From: Fistulifera solaris
Taxonomy: Eukaryota
Assembly (NCBI GenBank): GCA_030295235.1
Contig: AP026133.1
Coordinates: 992,001 to 1,056,000 of the forward strand
Direction: 5' to 3'
DNA: 64,000 nt
Shown: in pieces, positions 40,801-53,715 of the stretch
How the letters are laid out: the number at the start of each line of letters is the position of its first letter
Position numbering within the stretch: the stretch's first letter is position 1
Notes under the pieces: generated by a model
Database searches by the model: none
Told to the model about the DNA's origin: nothing
The model's input: the letters and a program-made list of their open reading frames with translations, nothing else
Translations under genes and position numbers: made by a program

Positions 40801-43077
40801 TCGATAATTCGCTCCAATGCCTTTGCTTCGTGAGATTGAATTTGCTCCAGGTGCCACGTATCAAATTTGCGTAACTTGGCCTGGTACTTAGATTCATTGT
40901 CCGCGAGCTCCCTACTCAGATCTGCTACTTTGAGCTGATGTTTTTCCATTTCGCGACTCATGCTGCTATTAACCTCTCGAAGTCTTTCGATTTCATTCAA
41001 CTGAAGTTGTTCTTTGTGTTCCATGGCTCCGAAATCAGGTCTAGCGTCAATTTCAGTTTGCAGTTTGCGCCGATACTCTTCAGATATCCGCAAATCGGTT
41101 TCAAGCTTTATTATCGATGTCTGCAATTGCTCCTTCTCAGCCTGAAATTCAGCTTCCATTTCGAGCTGCAGCGAGTCTCGTTCGCGTATAGCGGCAGTCT
41201 CTTTCTGTCGTAATTCGAAAGCATGACGATCAGTAGCAATCTTAAGCTGTTCTTTCAAATATTCAAGCTCTTTTTTTATATTCTGTGACTTCGAGGGCGT
41301 GTGATTCCGACAATTCGCTTCTTAGACGATTTTCTTTATTGTCAAAAGTGTCCCTTAGTTCTTCGAACTTCACCTTGTAATCTGAAAATACAGCTTTCAG
41401 CTTATCGTCTTTTTCGGAAACAAGCTGCACTTGCTCATCTCGCTGCTTTGTTAGCCGTTCAACTTCCTTTTCGTACCGCTGGATCAGCTCTCCTTCCCGG
41501 TCGCGGTAATGTTGTTCCGTTTTCGCGAGTTCTTCCTTCAGACGAGAATGGGAATCTTTCTCCAAGTTTCGTTGCAACGATATAGAATCTTTCAATTCGC
41601 CTCTCAGTGCCTCAGTTTCCTGTTCTTTCTCATCGCATTCACGTCGAAGATTCTTCAGCTCGTTCGTTGTTTCCGATAGCTGCATCTCTAAAACTGATTC
41701 TCGCGCCTGAAAACTTTCCCGCTCATTCAGCATTTCGTTTTGCCATTGGCTACGCTTCTCTGCATGTTCTTTTTGTGTTTTCGCCAACAGCTGGTGGGCC
41801 TTGTCCCGTTCCTTTTGCATCTCTACTAGCTTCTGCTGCAGCGTCTCCTGCACAGTCGCCGCCCCTTCAAGACGCATCCTGTAGTCACTTACGACTCGAT
41901 GCTGCGCATGTTCTTGTTCCTGTTTTGCTAGATGGAGCTGAGCCTGTACTTGCGATAGTTGCGCCTTTAATTGCGACGACTCTGATTTAATGCGTTCGAG
42001 CTCTTCTGATGCGTCGTGCTGCTCCTGCATCGACGTACGGTAGCTTTGTATAGTGCTTTTCAAGCCCCGCTTCTCCTTCTGCAAAACCTGAATCTTTCGA
42101 ATAAGGGTCTGTGTCTCTAGCTCCAACGAAGTTCGATCAAGTCGCGATATCCTTCTGGGAGAGAGCGATATCTTTGTTTCTTCGTCGTCATAATCGTCAT
42201 CATTGTCGACCCGAGCTCCCTCGACGCGAGGTGGAGGAGGGAGTCGGCCACCTCTGGACTGAGGTGAGGGTGCACGAATGACCGTGGGAATCATAGGCAT
42301 TGAAGAGCTATGCTGAATTTCGCCATGGTTCTGCAACTGCAGTGGCGACGAAGAAGACGGAGTCCAACTGGTGTTTTTCTGATGATGATGCTGAGCATCT
42401 CTGTTGTGTCTTGGAGATGATTGGTTCATAGGACTAGGGCCCTTCTTGGGAAAGTCATCAGTCACTTCCTCGAGTTCTTGAAAGAATTTTAGATCTTCCA
42501 GCTCTTGCATGAGTCCATCAATTTTAGCCTCTGCTTGTCGCAAGCGCGCATTCTCCTGAGAACTATCTTGTGACGGGTTGGATCGTGGTGAAGAATCGCC
42601 AGGTTTTCCCTTGGAGGAGTATCCGTATATATTTCGATTCTCCTGTTGACTGCTCGCACTACTGTTCGAGTGGGGAAGCTGCAGATCACTGCCGACGTAA
42701 CTGATCGATCTCGGAAGACCAGATGGCCCCCTTGACGTCGATCGACCAGTTCCACCCGTGCTGTTCTTTTTTCGGTTCTTTCGTAGATCAATGATAGCTC
42801 TCGTCACTTCATCCGGGTCATCAATTGCAGAGTCGCTTGTTCGCACAACTTGCGTATAATCTTGAGCCCTCCCAGTAGACGCAGACCTTGCGTAAATTGT
42901 TGGAGGTAGATTATTATTGTGAGCCGGCCGCATGCTGCTCTGGGAGCGACGACCTCCCTGTGGATGAGCATGCTGAGTCGATTTGATGTTGGGTAAGCCC
43001 GGACTAGAGGGTGTGTGAATTGTTTGCGGAACTTGTCGCGGTGTCAAGGCGTTTCGTCCATTATTGTTGTACACCAT
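37892..43077 (-). CDS. Large coiled-coil protein (~1700 aa after correcting frameshifts near 41270, 40670 and 40430)
   Basis: Four consecutive same-strand ORFs with continuous heptad-like E/K/L/Q composition and a disordered S/P/Q-rich N-terminus. Confidence 0.8.
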
Positions 43078-43796
43078 CTTCGATTGCAACATAAAGGTGC
43101 GCCAGCGATATCAATATTCGGATAATATCTCCAAAAGCAAGCTTTTACAAGTCAACAAGCCCCCTCGTTTTGCTGTCGGTCTACAAGAGTTTTTTCTAAT
43201 CAATTTAGTTTGTCGTGTAACAATTTGTGCCTTTCTTCTTTGCGAAATGCCAATACAAAGTAGGAGCGACGTGCGGCAAAAGAAAATCACAAAAGCGTTG
43301 TTTTGTTTCGTGAGCCACTCTGACGAAGTTGTGGTGCGCGATGCGTCTCTCTTCTCTTAAAAGTACCCAACCATGTAGCGTGCATCGCCCAAGCCTTCTT
43401 GGTGAAGATTTTTGAGCCTTAAATAGAAGGCTTGTCTCATAAGTACAACGAAGGTTATTTACAAAATGCTATAGTTCTATAATTAACAGGAGCGCGCCGG
43501 CAAAGTTTTAAGTAAGACATGGAAAAGGCGCGCCAATTGAATGACGACTGGCTCGAGACTCAAATGCCACATCCAGATCACGAATGTCCAGCGTCAATGA
43601 GTGCCGAGTGCCGAGTTTTTTTTACTGGAAAGATTTTCGCCTCAACCACAACAACAAAGCAACAAACAAACAGACATCAAACACTATCAAACGTCAAAGG
43701 ATTCAACAATTACTTTCTAACCTTGATAGATCATCGGACGCCACAAAGCGCTTTGTCGACTGTGTAACATCCGCCAAAGCTATTTTTGATATCACG

Positions 43797-44663
43797 ATGA
43801 ATACGTCGATGTTGATTGCCGTCCTATTTCTGGCTGGATCTGCTTCATCCTTTACATGTCCCATCACCCTGTTAGTGACGGAACAACCAAAAGCCCTACA
43901 GTTTTCACTTTTCGCTCAGAAGAAAAGAAGCCAATCGGAGGGGAAAGGTTTTGGAAAATCTGGCCCATCAAAATCAGACAAGAAATCATCTGACTCTGCA
44001 CCCGCATCGGAAGACAGACCGATCGCTGCGACGAAACCATTTTTGCAAAGTGTCGAAAGCGGGAGCTCGAATGCCATCCCTGTCCTAGAAGACGACGCAT
44101 CCTTGTCACCCGATCAGCAAGCGGAACGTATTTTACGGGACAAATACGGAATGAAGACGTTGGAAGAGCAACAATTGACTCAAAAGCAAATGGAGAATAT
44201 CAATGAACAACGCCGAAAACTACAGGAAATGAAGCGAAAGGCCGAACTAAATGAGGAGATTGACTTTATCGCTATGATTCCCGGACCTGTGCAGATCGCT
44301 ATTGATCGATTCTTGAAAATCGGTTTGGGTATATCGGGTGAGTCTAGAAATGAACGATTTGATGTGTCAAGATATGCGTGAAAGAGAGCGTGTTTCTTCG
44401 TTTCATTGATCCTCCACTCATACACTATTACATTTTCACCAGGAATTCTGTTTTTAGCCGCAGGCATGGCGATTACTGTAGAGGCTTGGAGCAAAACGAC
44501 CAAGAACGAATTACCAGAGGCTTTGGATCAGTTTATTGTGGGGACGGTAGAACCGAACTTCACCACCGGCTTGCTCGTATTATTAGGCTTCTCGGTGAGT
44601 CTGGGTGTGTTTGCGGCTGCTCAGCTGGGTTCACAAGGGGCTCAGTATCGAGAAGATAATTAA
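43797..44663 (+). CDS. Plastid-targeted two-TM protein, LPA2-like (photosystem II assembly factor); intron 44338-44442
   Basis: Signal peptide plus ASS|F, GKGFGK motif, and two C-terminal TM helices around LPEALDQFIVGTVEPNFT resembling plant LPA2. Confidence 0.6.
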
Positions 44664-44767
44664 TACTTTCATTGTTTAATTTGACACTTGGTGATGTAAT
44701 GATCAAAAATGCAATGTAATCGGAAAGCGGCGTGCGCAGTAACATAGTTCAAAACGCTCGAGCACAC

Positions 44768-45316
44768 TCAAGCGAATTCCTTGTTGTGCTTGATTTCTCG
44801 GAGCTCTACCAGCAATTGTTCGGCATCTGCAGCAGCATTGTCTACAACCTTGAAGTAAGCAACATTTCCGTCCACCACAATCATACTGAATCTCTCAGAA
44901 CGAGTTCCCAATGAGACTTTATCATACGTTCGATCAACGCCGTACGCCTTGGCGAAAATAGCTTCCGGGTCTGCGTAGAATTGAATCTTGTCAGGGTCGT
45001 TCTTCAGTGCCAACTGCCAACCATGATGCGCATAAGGATCCGATACCGCGTAGCAGATGATGTCATCACAACCAGCATCTAGCAACTCATCGGCTAGTTT
45101 CTTGTACCCTGGATAATGCTCGTTCGTACAGGTACCAGTGAACGGAGCCGGCACACCGAAAAGAGCTACTGTCTTGCCTTTGAAAAGATCTGTCAAACGA
45201 ACAGCATTATCTGAAGCCAAGTTGGATCCCTCGCTCGCGTTATTGTACCAAGGACGAGCTTTTTCGAGGTGAATGACTGAGCTTATCATACTGGTGCCGG
45301 GTGCAATGAGACTCAT
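44768..45316 (-). CDS. Type II / Prx5-like peroxiredoxin (redoxin)
   Basis: LFKGKTVALFGVPAPFTGTCTNEHYPGY, CYAVSDPY, LGTRSERFSMIVVDGNV. Confidence 0.88.
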   Translation of the reverse strand: MSLIAPGTSMISSVIHLEKARPWYNNASEGSNLASDNAVRLTDLFKGKTVALFGVPAPFTGTCTNEHYPGYKKLADELLDAGCDDIICYAVSDPYAHHGWQLALKNDPDKIQFYADPEAIFAKAYGVDRTYDKVSLGTRSERFSMIVVDGNVAYFKVVDNAAADAEQLLVELREIKHNKEFA

Positions 45317-45776
45317 GGATCGGATCTGTTGTCGAAGGGAAAATTCGGAGACGAACGAGCAGGCTTTCACACCTTTTTGCAAAGTGAGTTGATGAAGAGC
45401 ATTGTTAGAGAGAAGAATTTGAGCAAGGAAGAGGAGTTCCGTAGAACGTGTTAATAATAACTCGCGAGGCTACAAAGGATTGTTGATTGCCATCTCTGAT
45501 CTTTCTTGTTGTTTGTTGTTTGTTTCCTCGATCATGAGACGAAAAGTGAAGAAACGAAATCCAAACGGTCGAGTTTTGAGTCGCTTTGACGTGGCAAAGT
45601 TGAACTTGACATTTGAAATTGCGTGCTTACGCGGCATGCAGAAATTCGTCAACGTCATACTGACGTCGAGTAATTTTGGGAGCGTCATCAATCGTGTTTC
45701 AGTAACCAATGACTGAAGACAGCATAAAACTAAATAAATGTCTCTACCAAGAACTCTACGTGCCACAGTTAGTTCT

Positions 45777-46491
45777 CTACTTTGTAACAGACCAGTGCAG
45801 TAGAGCGAGATAAAATGTACGTGTTGTCGGAGAAGTCGCTGCTTTTTCTTTACATTGAGATTGAAAGGGCCTCAAAGATTCATCAGTGTTTGTTATGCAG
45901 GTGCTACGCTGCTCCGGCCCCGATGGAATGGGACCGTCGCCAGCTCCATTGGTGATGTGAAGCATGTGGATCTCTGACGGGAGGAGACTTATCCAGGTGA
46001 TTCCAGTGTGGCCAGTGGATAAAGTGGTCATGGATTTGTTGTTCTCGTTGCTGTTGATGTTGTGGAAGAGGAGTCGTCGTGACATCCGTATTTCGAGGAT
46101 GACGCATCATCATCGGCCATGCTGCTAAATGTGAGACAGGCCGACTTTGCTTTGCTTTCACCGTATTTGAGGTTGTCGTAACGGAAGAGATCTGTACGTA
46201 GAGCTCTTCTCTCATTAATGGAGTAGCGACAGAATGAGGAAAGGGGTCAACGCAAGCTGGTTGTGGATATTCTCGAACGACATTGTTCTTGTTTGCTTTT
46301 AAAGTCTTTTGGTACCACACTGCCGGTTGTGCATGCTGGAACTGTCTCTGATGGGATGGTGCGGTCCGGTGGTACGCGGAATCATAGATCGTCGGAGCCG
46401 AAGTTTCGTTTTTGTGGTTCGTCGGAACAAACTCACGGTCATTGTAATACGCCACCAGAGGAGGCTGTCGGTGGGCCTTTTGAGAAATCAT
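45777..46491 (-). CDS. Hypothetical low-complexity (H/Q/P-rich) protein; 3' end uncertain
   Basis: ORF 45904-46719 (first plausible Met at 46491) overlapping ORF 45777-46085. No recognisable domain. Confidence 0.35.
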
Positions 46492-46913
46492 TGTTGTCTT
46501 TTTATTAAGGATAAAATCGCGTTGTTGTGTATTGTTCGTCTTCTGGTTTGTGATTGAAAGATTATGTACTTGTTTGTTTGATTGATTTGTTCTTTGACAT
46601 GACGCGTTACGAATGCGATCCGTTCTCGTTCGCATCCGCATTTTCTCGCAAAAGTACAGTACCTGGTACCGGTACCGGTACCTGGTAGGGACATGGGATT
46701 TTGTTTGAATCACGAACAAATTAATCCCGAATCACGACCCCACTCCCTGACGACTGACACGCTGATGAAAGAACGATAGCCTTTGGAAGTCTGTGCGGCC
46801 GTGCGACACTCCATTTCACTGAAACACTTTCACATTGACACTAATTGACAACCATAATACAATCAGCAATCAAACCTGGCCAATAACCTTCTGTATCACA
46901 AGCAATCAAAGTC

Positions 46914-47513
46914 ATGTCCTTTCCAGGAAAACAGCTGCAGCGCTGCTGGCATCTTATTGATGCACAAAATCAAACGGTAGGGCGATTAGCGGTCCAAGTG
47001 TCTTCGCTTCTGCGCGGAAAGCACAAACCTACCTATCTCCCAAACAAGGATATGGGTGACACAGTTGTCGTAATCAATGCCTCCAAAGTTACTTTCACTG
47101 AGCCGCAAAAGAAATGGAAGGATAAAGTATACCGTTGGCATACCGGCTACCCTGGAGGACTCAAGGAACGAACGGCTGCCGAAATGATGAATCGAAAGCC
47201 CACAGAAGTGTTGCGCAAGGCAGTAATGGGCATGCTCAAGCGAAATCGGTTGAGACACGGCTTCCTGGAACCGAGGCTGAAAATATACCCCGGATCCGAG
47301 CATCCACACACGGCGCAATTGCCAGCCGAAGTCGAGCCGGTTGCAGCAGTACCCCGCAATTTGCATCGTCATTTTCACTACGGGCTTCAGCATTACGCGC
47401 ACCCCGCTAGCTATCAGGAGGGAATACCCGCACCGATCGGGAAAGCGCAGGTTGAGCATGTGGAGCTAGTGGAAGATAGATCATTAGCGGAGGTAGGTCA
47501 AGGCGCAAATTAA
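46914..47513 (+). CDS. MRPL13: Mitochondrial ribosomal protein uL13m
   Basis: WHLIDA...GRLA...LRGKHKPTY...GDTVVVINA...YRWHTGYPGGLK...AVMGML. Confidence 0.93.
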   Translation: MSFPGKQLQRCWHLIDAQNQTVGRLAVQVSSLLRGKHKPTYLPNKDMGDTVVVINASKVTFTEPQKKWKDKVYRWHTGYPGGLKERTAAEMMNRKPTEVLRKAVMGMLKRNRLRHGFLEPRLKIYPGSEHPHTAQLPAEVEPVAAVPRNLHRHFHYGLQHYAHPASYQEGIPAPIGKAQVEHVELVEDRSLAEVGQGAN

Positions 47514-47567
47514 GGATCTTTAATTGTGTGGTAGCAAACGACGTAAAATGTTTTAAGAATATCTACA

Positions 47568-48530
47568 CTATATCATACTATCAAGCCAGTCTTCCAAGTT
47601 TTCTTCCTCTAAGATTTCGTTTTTCTTGTCTGTGGATTCCACTGGTGTAATGTTGGCTGTGTCGACGCTGTTCAGTGTTTCTTTGAGCCACTCGTCTATG
47701 TTGTCCTCTCCATTGGAAGTAGCAATAGCCACGCGAGGAAAATCATCCTGGTCTTGACTGGGTAGCGATCGTAATCTCAAAATGAGATCGTCATTATCTT
47801 CCGTGACTGTTATGTTAGCTGGCGACGTCGCAGGCGGCTCGATTTTATCAAATATCCCCTGTGACTTGTGCGAAGCCGATATAGCGGGTAATTTCGACAA
47901 TTGATCTACCGCAGCCTCGTTGACACTAGCTGCGACTCCGAAAAGAGAAACCCGTCGCGACGTCTTTGGGTCTACCTCTGGCGGAGGAATCACCGGCCTC
48001 GCGGGTAGGTTATGGATTCCCAGTCGACTGGCGACTGGATCTGCTAGTGCATTGGCAGCACGATACTTTACCGTCACGGAAGAGAGGGACGAAACAGTAG
48101 TAGAGTCGTCGCGGGCATCGTTGTCTGGCTCTTGACCCGAAATCGACGAAATCAGTCGAGAAGGGATTCGAAACCGATCTGCCAAGGAGAGATGTTTCAA
48201 CGCAAAGTTCATATCTTTCCTTAGCTGTTCTGGATCAGTCTTACTGAAAGCAAGAGTTGTTGCTTCTGAGTCTTCCTTCTTGGTAGGCATAACATAACGC
48301 TGAGACGCAACATTGGCTTCGAGTAAAGACACCTCATCCTCTAATCGCTCCTCGAAATCATAACTATTATCATGCTGTTCTTCACTTTGATTTTCGTCGC
48401 CTTTCCCAGCATTCCATTTCGGTCGACTGATCCGTCGTTTCGTTTCGTCGAATCGGCCCGCGCCGCGACCACTGCCTCGCCCTCGACCGCGTCCTTTTCG
48501 TTGATTGAACAATACTTGGGATCGGCCCAT
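47568..48530 (-). CDS. Aven/RIPR-like protein (RG-rich N-terminus, LEDWLDSMI C-terminus)
   Basis: GRGRGRGSGRG at the N-terminus, central ALKHLSLADRFRIP, terminal IDEWL and EENLEDWLDSMI*. Confidence 0.55.
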   Translation of the reverse strand: MGRSQVLFNQRKGRGRGRGSGRGAGRFDETKRRISRPKWNAGKGDENQSEEQHDNSYDFEERLEDEVSLLEANVASQRYVMPTKKEDSEATTLAFSKTDPEQLRKDMNFALKHLSLADRFRIPSRLISSISGQEPDNDARDDSTTVSSLSSVTVKYRAANALADPVASRLGIHNLPARPVIPPPEVDPKTSRRVSLFGVAASVNEAAVDQLSKLPAISASHKSQGIFDKIEPPATSPANITVTEDNDDLILRLRSLPSQDQDDFPRVAIATSNGEDNIDEWLKETLNSVDTANITPVESTDKKNEILEEENLEDWLDSMI

Positions 48531-48973
48531 AATTTCCGCTAATTGTCCAACGACACACACGACTGTTTCAGCTTACTCTTCCGTCGTCTTGTTGTTTTCC
48601 TGGTTGTACAAGCAATGCTTAAAACATCTAACATCCGCAATTACCAGTATAGCAAACCATTACAAATAATAATTGTTGCAGCCCTTGTGTGTCGTCGTCC
48701 ATCGACGAGAGATAAGGATAAAAACTCGTCCGCAATCAAACATTTCCGTTGAACAAGCGATGCACGCGAGCCCTCCATGATCCTTTTACGGAGTATCTAA
48801 TAGCAATAGTGGGATGGAGCAGCCTGCGTGTCACACCAAAGTGCAAGCTCGATCCGCCGGCGACCAAAATTAACAGTGAAGTTGAACTGTACAACAGCAA
48901 CCGCAAAGCATAAATTCATCGAGGTAAATGAGCATGATAAAGCACATTGCATTGTATTTGCATTACAAACTCC

Positions 48974-51900
48974 ATGGCGTCTTCCCCAATGAAGTCAAGT
49001 CAAAATACTCGAATTGATCTAACACCTCCACCATATGGTACTTCGCAGGATGTACGTAATGGATGGGCTTACTGTGTTCTTCAAATATTGGCGGCAACTT
49101 TTTGCTCTCACACAGTCGTCCGTTCCAAATCTTCTTCATAAATATAGGCCAATCTCACTCAGACGCAAACATCGGAAATCTTGACTCAAAATCCTGATTT
49201 GACGCAGCTCGGTGACGACGATGGTGCCGTACTCTCACCGCTTCCGCCGTTTAGTCCAGGCGTGCTTCGAACTCTGCCGTGGGGTCGCTTGATGCCGACC
49301 CAGACGTCGCGACCCGCGTTCGATCTTTTGCCGCGACAACCCAATCATTCCCAATCCATAGGAGGTATTTCGTTTTTAGGAATCGAACACTTGTATCCCT
49401 CGGATGTCTTTAATGAGTATACGATCGGAAGAAGTCCCAAATGCGATATTCGAGCCATCAAACCGGAGGATGGGTCCGTCGACGAAAACAATCGACAGCA
49501 GTGGGCGTATGGAGTTATATCAAATCGACACTGTCGGATTTTTTGTTGCTTAGACTCGAGCTTGACACAACCTGGGATCACTTTGCCTCGAATGCAAGTC
49601 TTCTTGGAAGATATGAGCGGAAATGGAACGATCGTCAATCAAACGACACTTTTGCGCCGAGGAGAGAAACGCATGCTACATACCGGGGACGAGATATGCT
49701 TGGTTAATCCGCACACACTCAAAAAGAAGATACGTTCCGCGACGGTGTTAAAGGAGCTTCTCAGTCAGCACTCGTTTGTCTTTGTTAATTTGCATCAGCA
49801 ACAACCAGGATTCACGGCTCAGGTGTTAAAGTCATGGCAAATGAATCCTCCGAGCACAGTGGCAAAGAAGCGCAAGCCGGCGGTGAATGTCCGAGAAATT
49901 CGACAGCACTCAAATTATGTTGGAAAGTCGCCAGCAGGAGACATTGTTGGTTGGAGAACCCTACATAATCGACAAATGGCCAACCAAAAGCCGGGCACTG
50001 GTCGAAGTGTGGAAGAAGAATACGACATCCGAGATCTTTTGGGAAGCGGAACGGTAGGAGAGGTCAGAAGAGCAATTCATCGCAAAAGCGGCGAGGAACG
50101 AGCCGTCAAAATTATATCCATTGGAGGACGTAATCGAGGTTTAATGCAGGTTCAACCGACGACAGCCTTGCAAGCAGAGGCGACCATTCTGCAAAAGCTC
50201 AAGCACCCCTACGTCGTACGATTGTTTGACGTGTATCCTCCAACTGCTTCGTCCAACAATATTTACTTGGTCATGGAACTTCTTCACGGTGGTGACCTGT
50301 TTGATCGGATTGTGGAAAGGGAAGGTTTACCGAGACGGAAAGTCGCCGCGTGATGAGACGACTTTTGAATGCTATCCACTATCTTCACGAAGAATGCAAT
50401 ATCGTACATCGTGACCTCAAGCCTGAAAATATCCTGTGTGTTCATCGCGGACTCGATCGTTGCATAGAAGTCAAAATTACAGATTTCGGACTCGCGAAGG
50501 CAGTGAATGGTTGCCAAGAGTCGCTCAAGACGTTCTGTGGCACTCCACAATACTTTGCCCCCGAAGTTTTGAAACGCCGAAGCACAGTAGCGGGACGCGG
50601 AAGGTATGGCAAACCGGCAGACATGTGGTCTCTAGGAGTTATTTTGTATGTTCTTCTTTCTGGGACGCAGCCTTTTGGTGTGGAACTCGACGATGTCATC
50701 AGCGTCGACAACCAAGGCGATGGAGACTCCAAGCAGGTTCAGTTTTCGAATGAGCATTGGGGAGGCATATCGGATTCGGCTCGCGATCTGATCCGCAAAT
50801 TGCTTGTTGTTGATACAAATATGCGCTTTAATGTTCAGCAAGCATGCGACCACGAATGGATGTTAGTCGGCGACGGCGATACGCATGTTCACCCCCTAAG
50901 CGACCCTGCGGTGGTGGAGTTTCGAAAGACTATGTCATCAACAACGCAAAAAGTCGGTAACGAGGTGGATCTCATGAGCAAGCTATCAGTGGAAGATTCT
51001 GGCTCGAACAGCAGAATGCCGTCGTCTCCCTATATTTACTCAAATCAAACTCACCCAAGCTCGCCTAAAATTGATAATCAATCTACTGCTTCCGATGCTG
51101 TTGACGGATCGTGCCTACGAGGAAGCGGAACTTATTCCCTTGTGGCGGTCATGAATTGCAGAGAAATCGAAAGCAATTCACCACAGACTAACGAAAGCCC
51201 TTTGATGGCGACTGATCCAGTCGACGGTTCAGGTAGTGCGGATACATCGTGTTCGGTTGAAAAACGTATTGATGAAATGTCCGCCGACGCTTATGCATTT
51301 AATGTTAACAACACGTCTCCTTCAAGTCCACTTAAGAACCAAGTTGTCAACATTGAAGAAATTTCGATAAGTGAAAATCGAAGTGATGTCATTTACAAAA
51401 CCCCGCCGGCACCCGCGAATCGAGAAACGAACGTGGAAAAAGCGGTTTCAAGCCCCGCGATTTTATCCCTACCTAACCCCAGCGCTGTTTGCAAAGACCC
51501 GGTGCCAAATGAGAACTTAAATTCACTCAAGACACCCAGAAATCTACTTGCTTTCTGTACGCCAAGTGACAGGTCACGTGAGTTTCTTACAAAGAATGCC
51601 AAGGCTAAGGAAGAGCACCAACTTTCTTTGTCCCGTCGCCCTCTCTCTCCTGTTCGAGGGCCGAACCAACCAGGGAATAGTTTACAAAATGAAAGCAATC
51701 CAACCACGCTCTTCAAAGCATTACCAACCCCGCCTACTTCGAATCGCAACCCTGCTAGAGTTTCTGATTTTCCAAACGATCGCGAGACTATGCCACTATA
51801 CGAAGAGGATGATGTCATGTCCTTTCCTAGTGATAAGGCTGAAAGTATAGCGTCTTTCTCATCTGCGAATTCAAAGTCTGTTCCCCACGAGATACGTGAA

Positions 51901-52089
51901 TCATCTGAAAAGGCATCGATGAAGCGCAAGGCGGATGCTGTCGGTACCGCAATCCAAGACACTGGGGACACAAGAAGCGATAAAGTAGCAGTACACAAGC
52001 GAAACAAGAAACTACAGTCTGAAGTTCGACCCACTTCCATGAAAAGGCAGACCACTCTTTCATCCTGGTTTATGAAAAGTACGAACTAG
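48974..52089 (+). CDS. CHEK2: Chk2/Cds1-like FHA-domain checkpoint kinase; intron 49052-49147; frameshift near 50316
   Basis: SQ/TQ cluster, FHA domain (IGRSPKCD, ISNRHCRI, DMSGNGT, LHTGDEI), kinase domain (LGSGTVGEV, HRDLKPEN, DFGLAK, TFCGTPQYFAPE, DMWSLG). Confidence 0.82.
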
Positions 52090-52185
52090 CCAGAATAGAA
52101 GTCTTGAAAAATAATCTTGATCTAGTTATAAAGAAAGTTGCATAGCAAAGAGATGTCTAACTTTTGTCACTACTCATAAGCAATG

Positions 52186-53160
52186 TCATGTGCACTGCAT
52201 TCGATTCGTTACTTGAGTATCTGTCTCTCCCTTGTCGATGTATGGCGATAGTAAGCCGGTGAAACTCCCCCGGTTCTCGTCGTATTCACTTCCTGATTCC
52301 AAAAACATATTCACCAGCGTGTCGGATCCCGTCTCTTGTTGGATAGCGTATAAGATCACCGAAGTGGCCAATACTTGGGCTGCGCATCAACTAGTTGGTT
52401 CTTATCCTCACGATGAATGCCATTTGAACCGAAAAATTTGTAATGGTTCTGCGACAGTATTTCCCGAAGCATCAACAAAGTACCGATAAAAGGTCTTTTA
52501 TCAAGGACTGTCTCCACGCTAGTTTTAGACTTGTTATTGATCGCCTCATTCATGGTCTTTGAAATATCATGGCAGAATTTGCGCAATGATTCACCGATCA
52601 TCGACATGTGGGTCTTGTGCAAACTTGATTTCTCCGCGTCGTTCATTGTTGCATCCATGACCGGGGATGGCTAAGGTCCATCGTGTAAAGCGTGAGCTAT
52701 AATCGATCCAGCGAGTAATACTTGCCGTTCCGGTGACTGACGCATATACCTCGATTCGAATGAGGCCCTGTCCATCTCGTCGAGCGAATATGCAACATTT
52801 CTGACTGCATTCTTGCTGAATTCCTTTTGTGGTTGTAAGAGCGACGAGCTTGGTGGTCTGGGTAACACGCCCGACTTTTATTGTTCGACATTTTTACTTC
52901 GTTGTGAACGAAACGCCTTCGGTTTCATTGTGGGTATCGTCGCTGCGAACCTTACTCGCCCTGTTTGTCGACGCGATGAGTCCTTTTTAATCCACAAGTC
53001 TCCAAAGCACTCTTCATCCTACTACATTTGCTCTATTGCCATCCGATCAGGATATCGGCAATTCAGAGTGAAGTGTTTGGTCAGCAATATTGTTTTGCGA
53101 AGCAGGCGATGGTGGATCGAAACGGGTGCGACTGTGATGTAACGAGGTGTTGTTCTGGTT
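52186..53160 (-). pseudogene. Probable degraded gene of unknown family
   Basis: ORFs 52671-52868 and 52356-52658 and the upstream sequence share one frame interrupted by single stop codons. Confidence 0.35.
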
Positions 53161-53715
53161 TTCGAACACAAGCTGGAGTCTTAACGTGACCCAAACCGCT
53201 TTAGAATTTAGAAACGGCGTTAAAATTCTGCCTCCTCGTGAGCGCTACGTAGAATCTTGTACTGAAAGCAGAGTTTTAATGTCCATTTTCCACTTGGGAG
53301 ACACGGGAACGCACCTCTGCTTGGTACATTTCTCTACGGGGGCCTACGTGAGTGTACACTTTTTCCCGCACCTTCACCTCGAACCTTCTCTACAAAATTG
53401 ATGAGTTCTGTTGGTCTTTCTACAAATGCAATAGCCTACATCTATTTTTTTGCAATGCGTTCCATACGCCATAGTGTCGAAAAGCGCGGCGGATTTTTGT
53501 ATTGTTAGGACCACACATGCGTGATTTCGCCTCCTTCAGTCACGCAGCGCAAATACTGGTATTTGCCGTAAGATTGGGTCGACCTACACCAGTAACGATT
53601 CATGTAATAGACTACCCTTTCCCTAAAGCCTTTCCCTAAAGGGCGCAATCGCAATAAAGTCGATGTAATCAGAACATTTCACAAAGTTAAATACTGTAGA
53701 AATACCACGTCGTTT

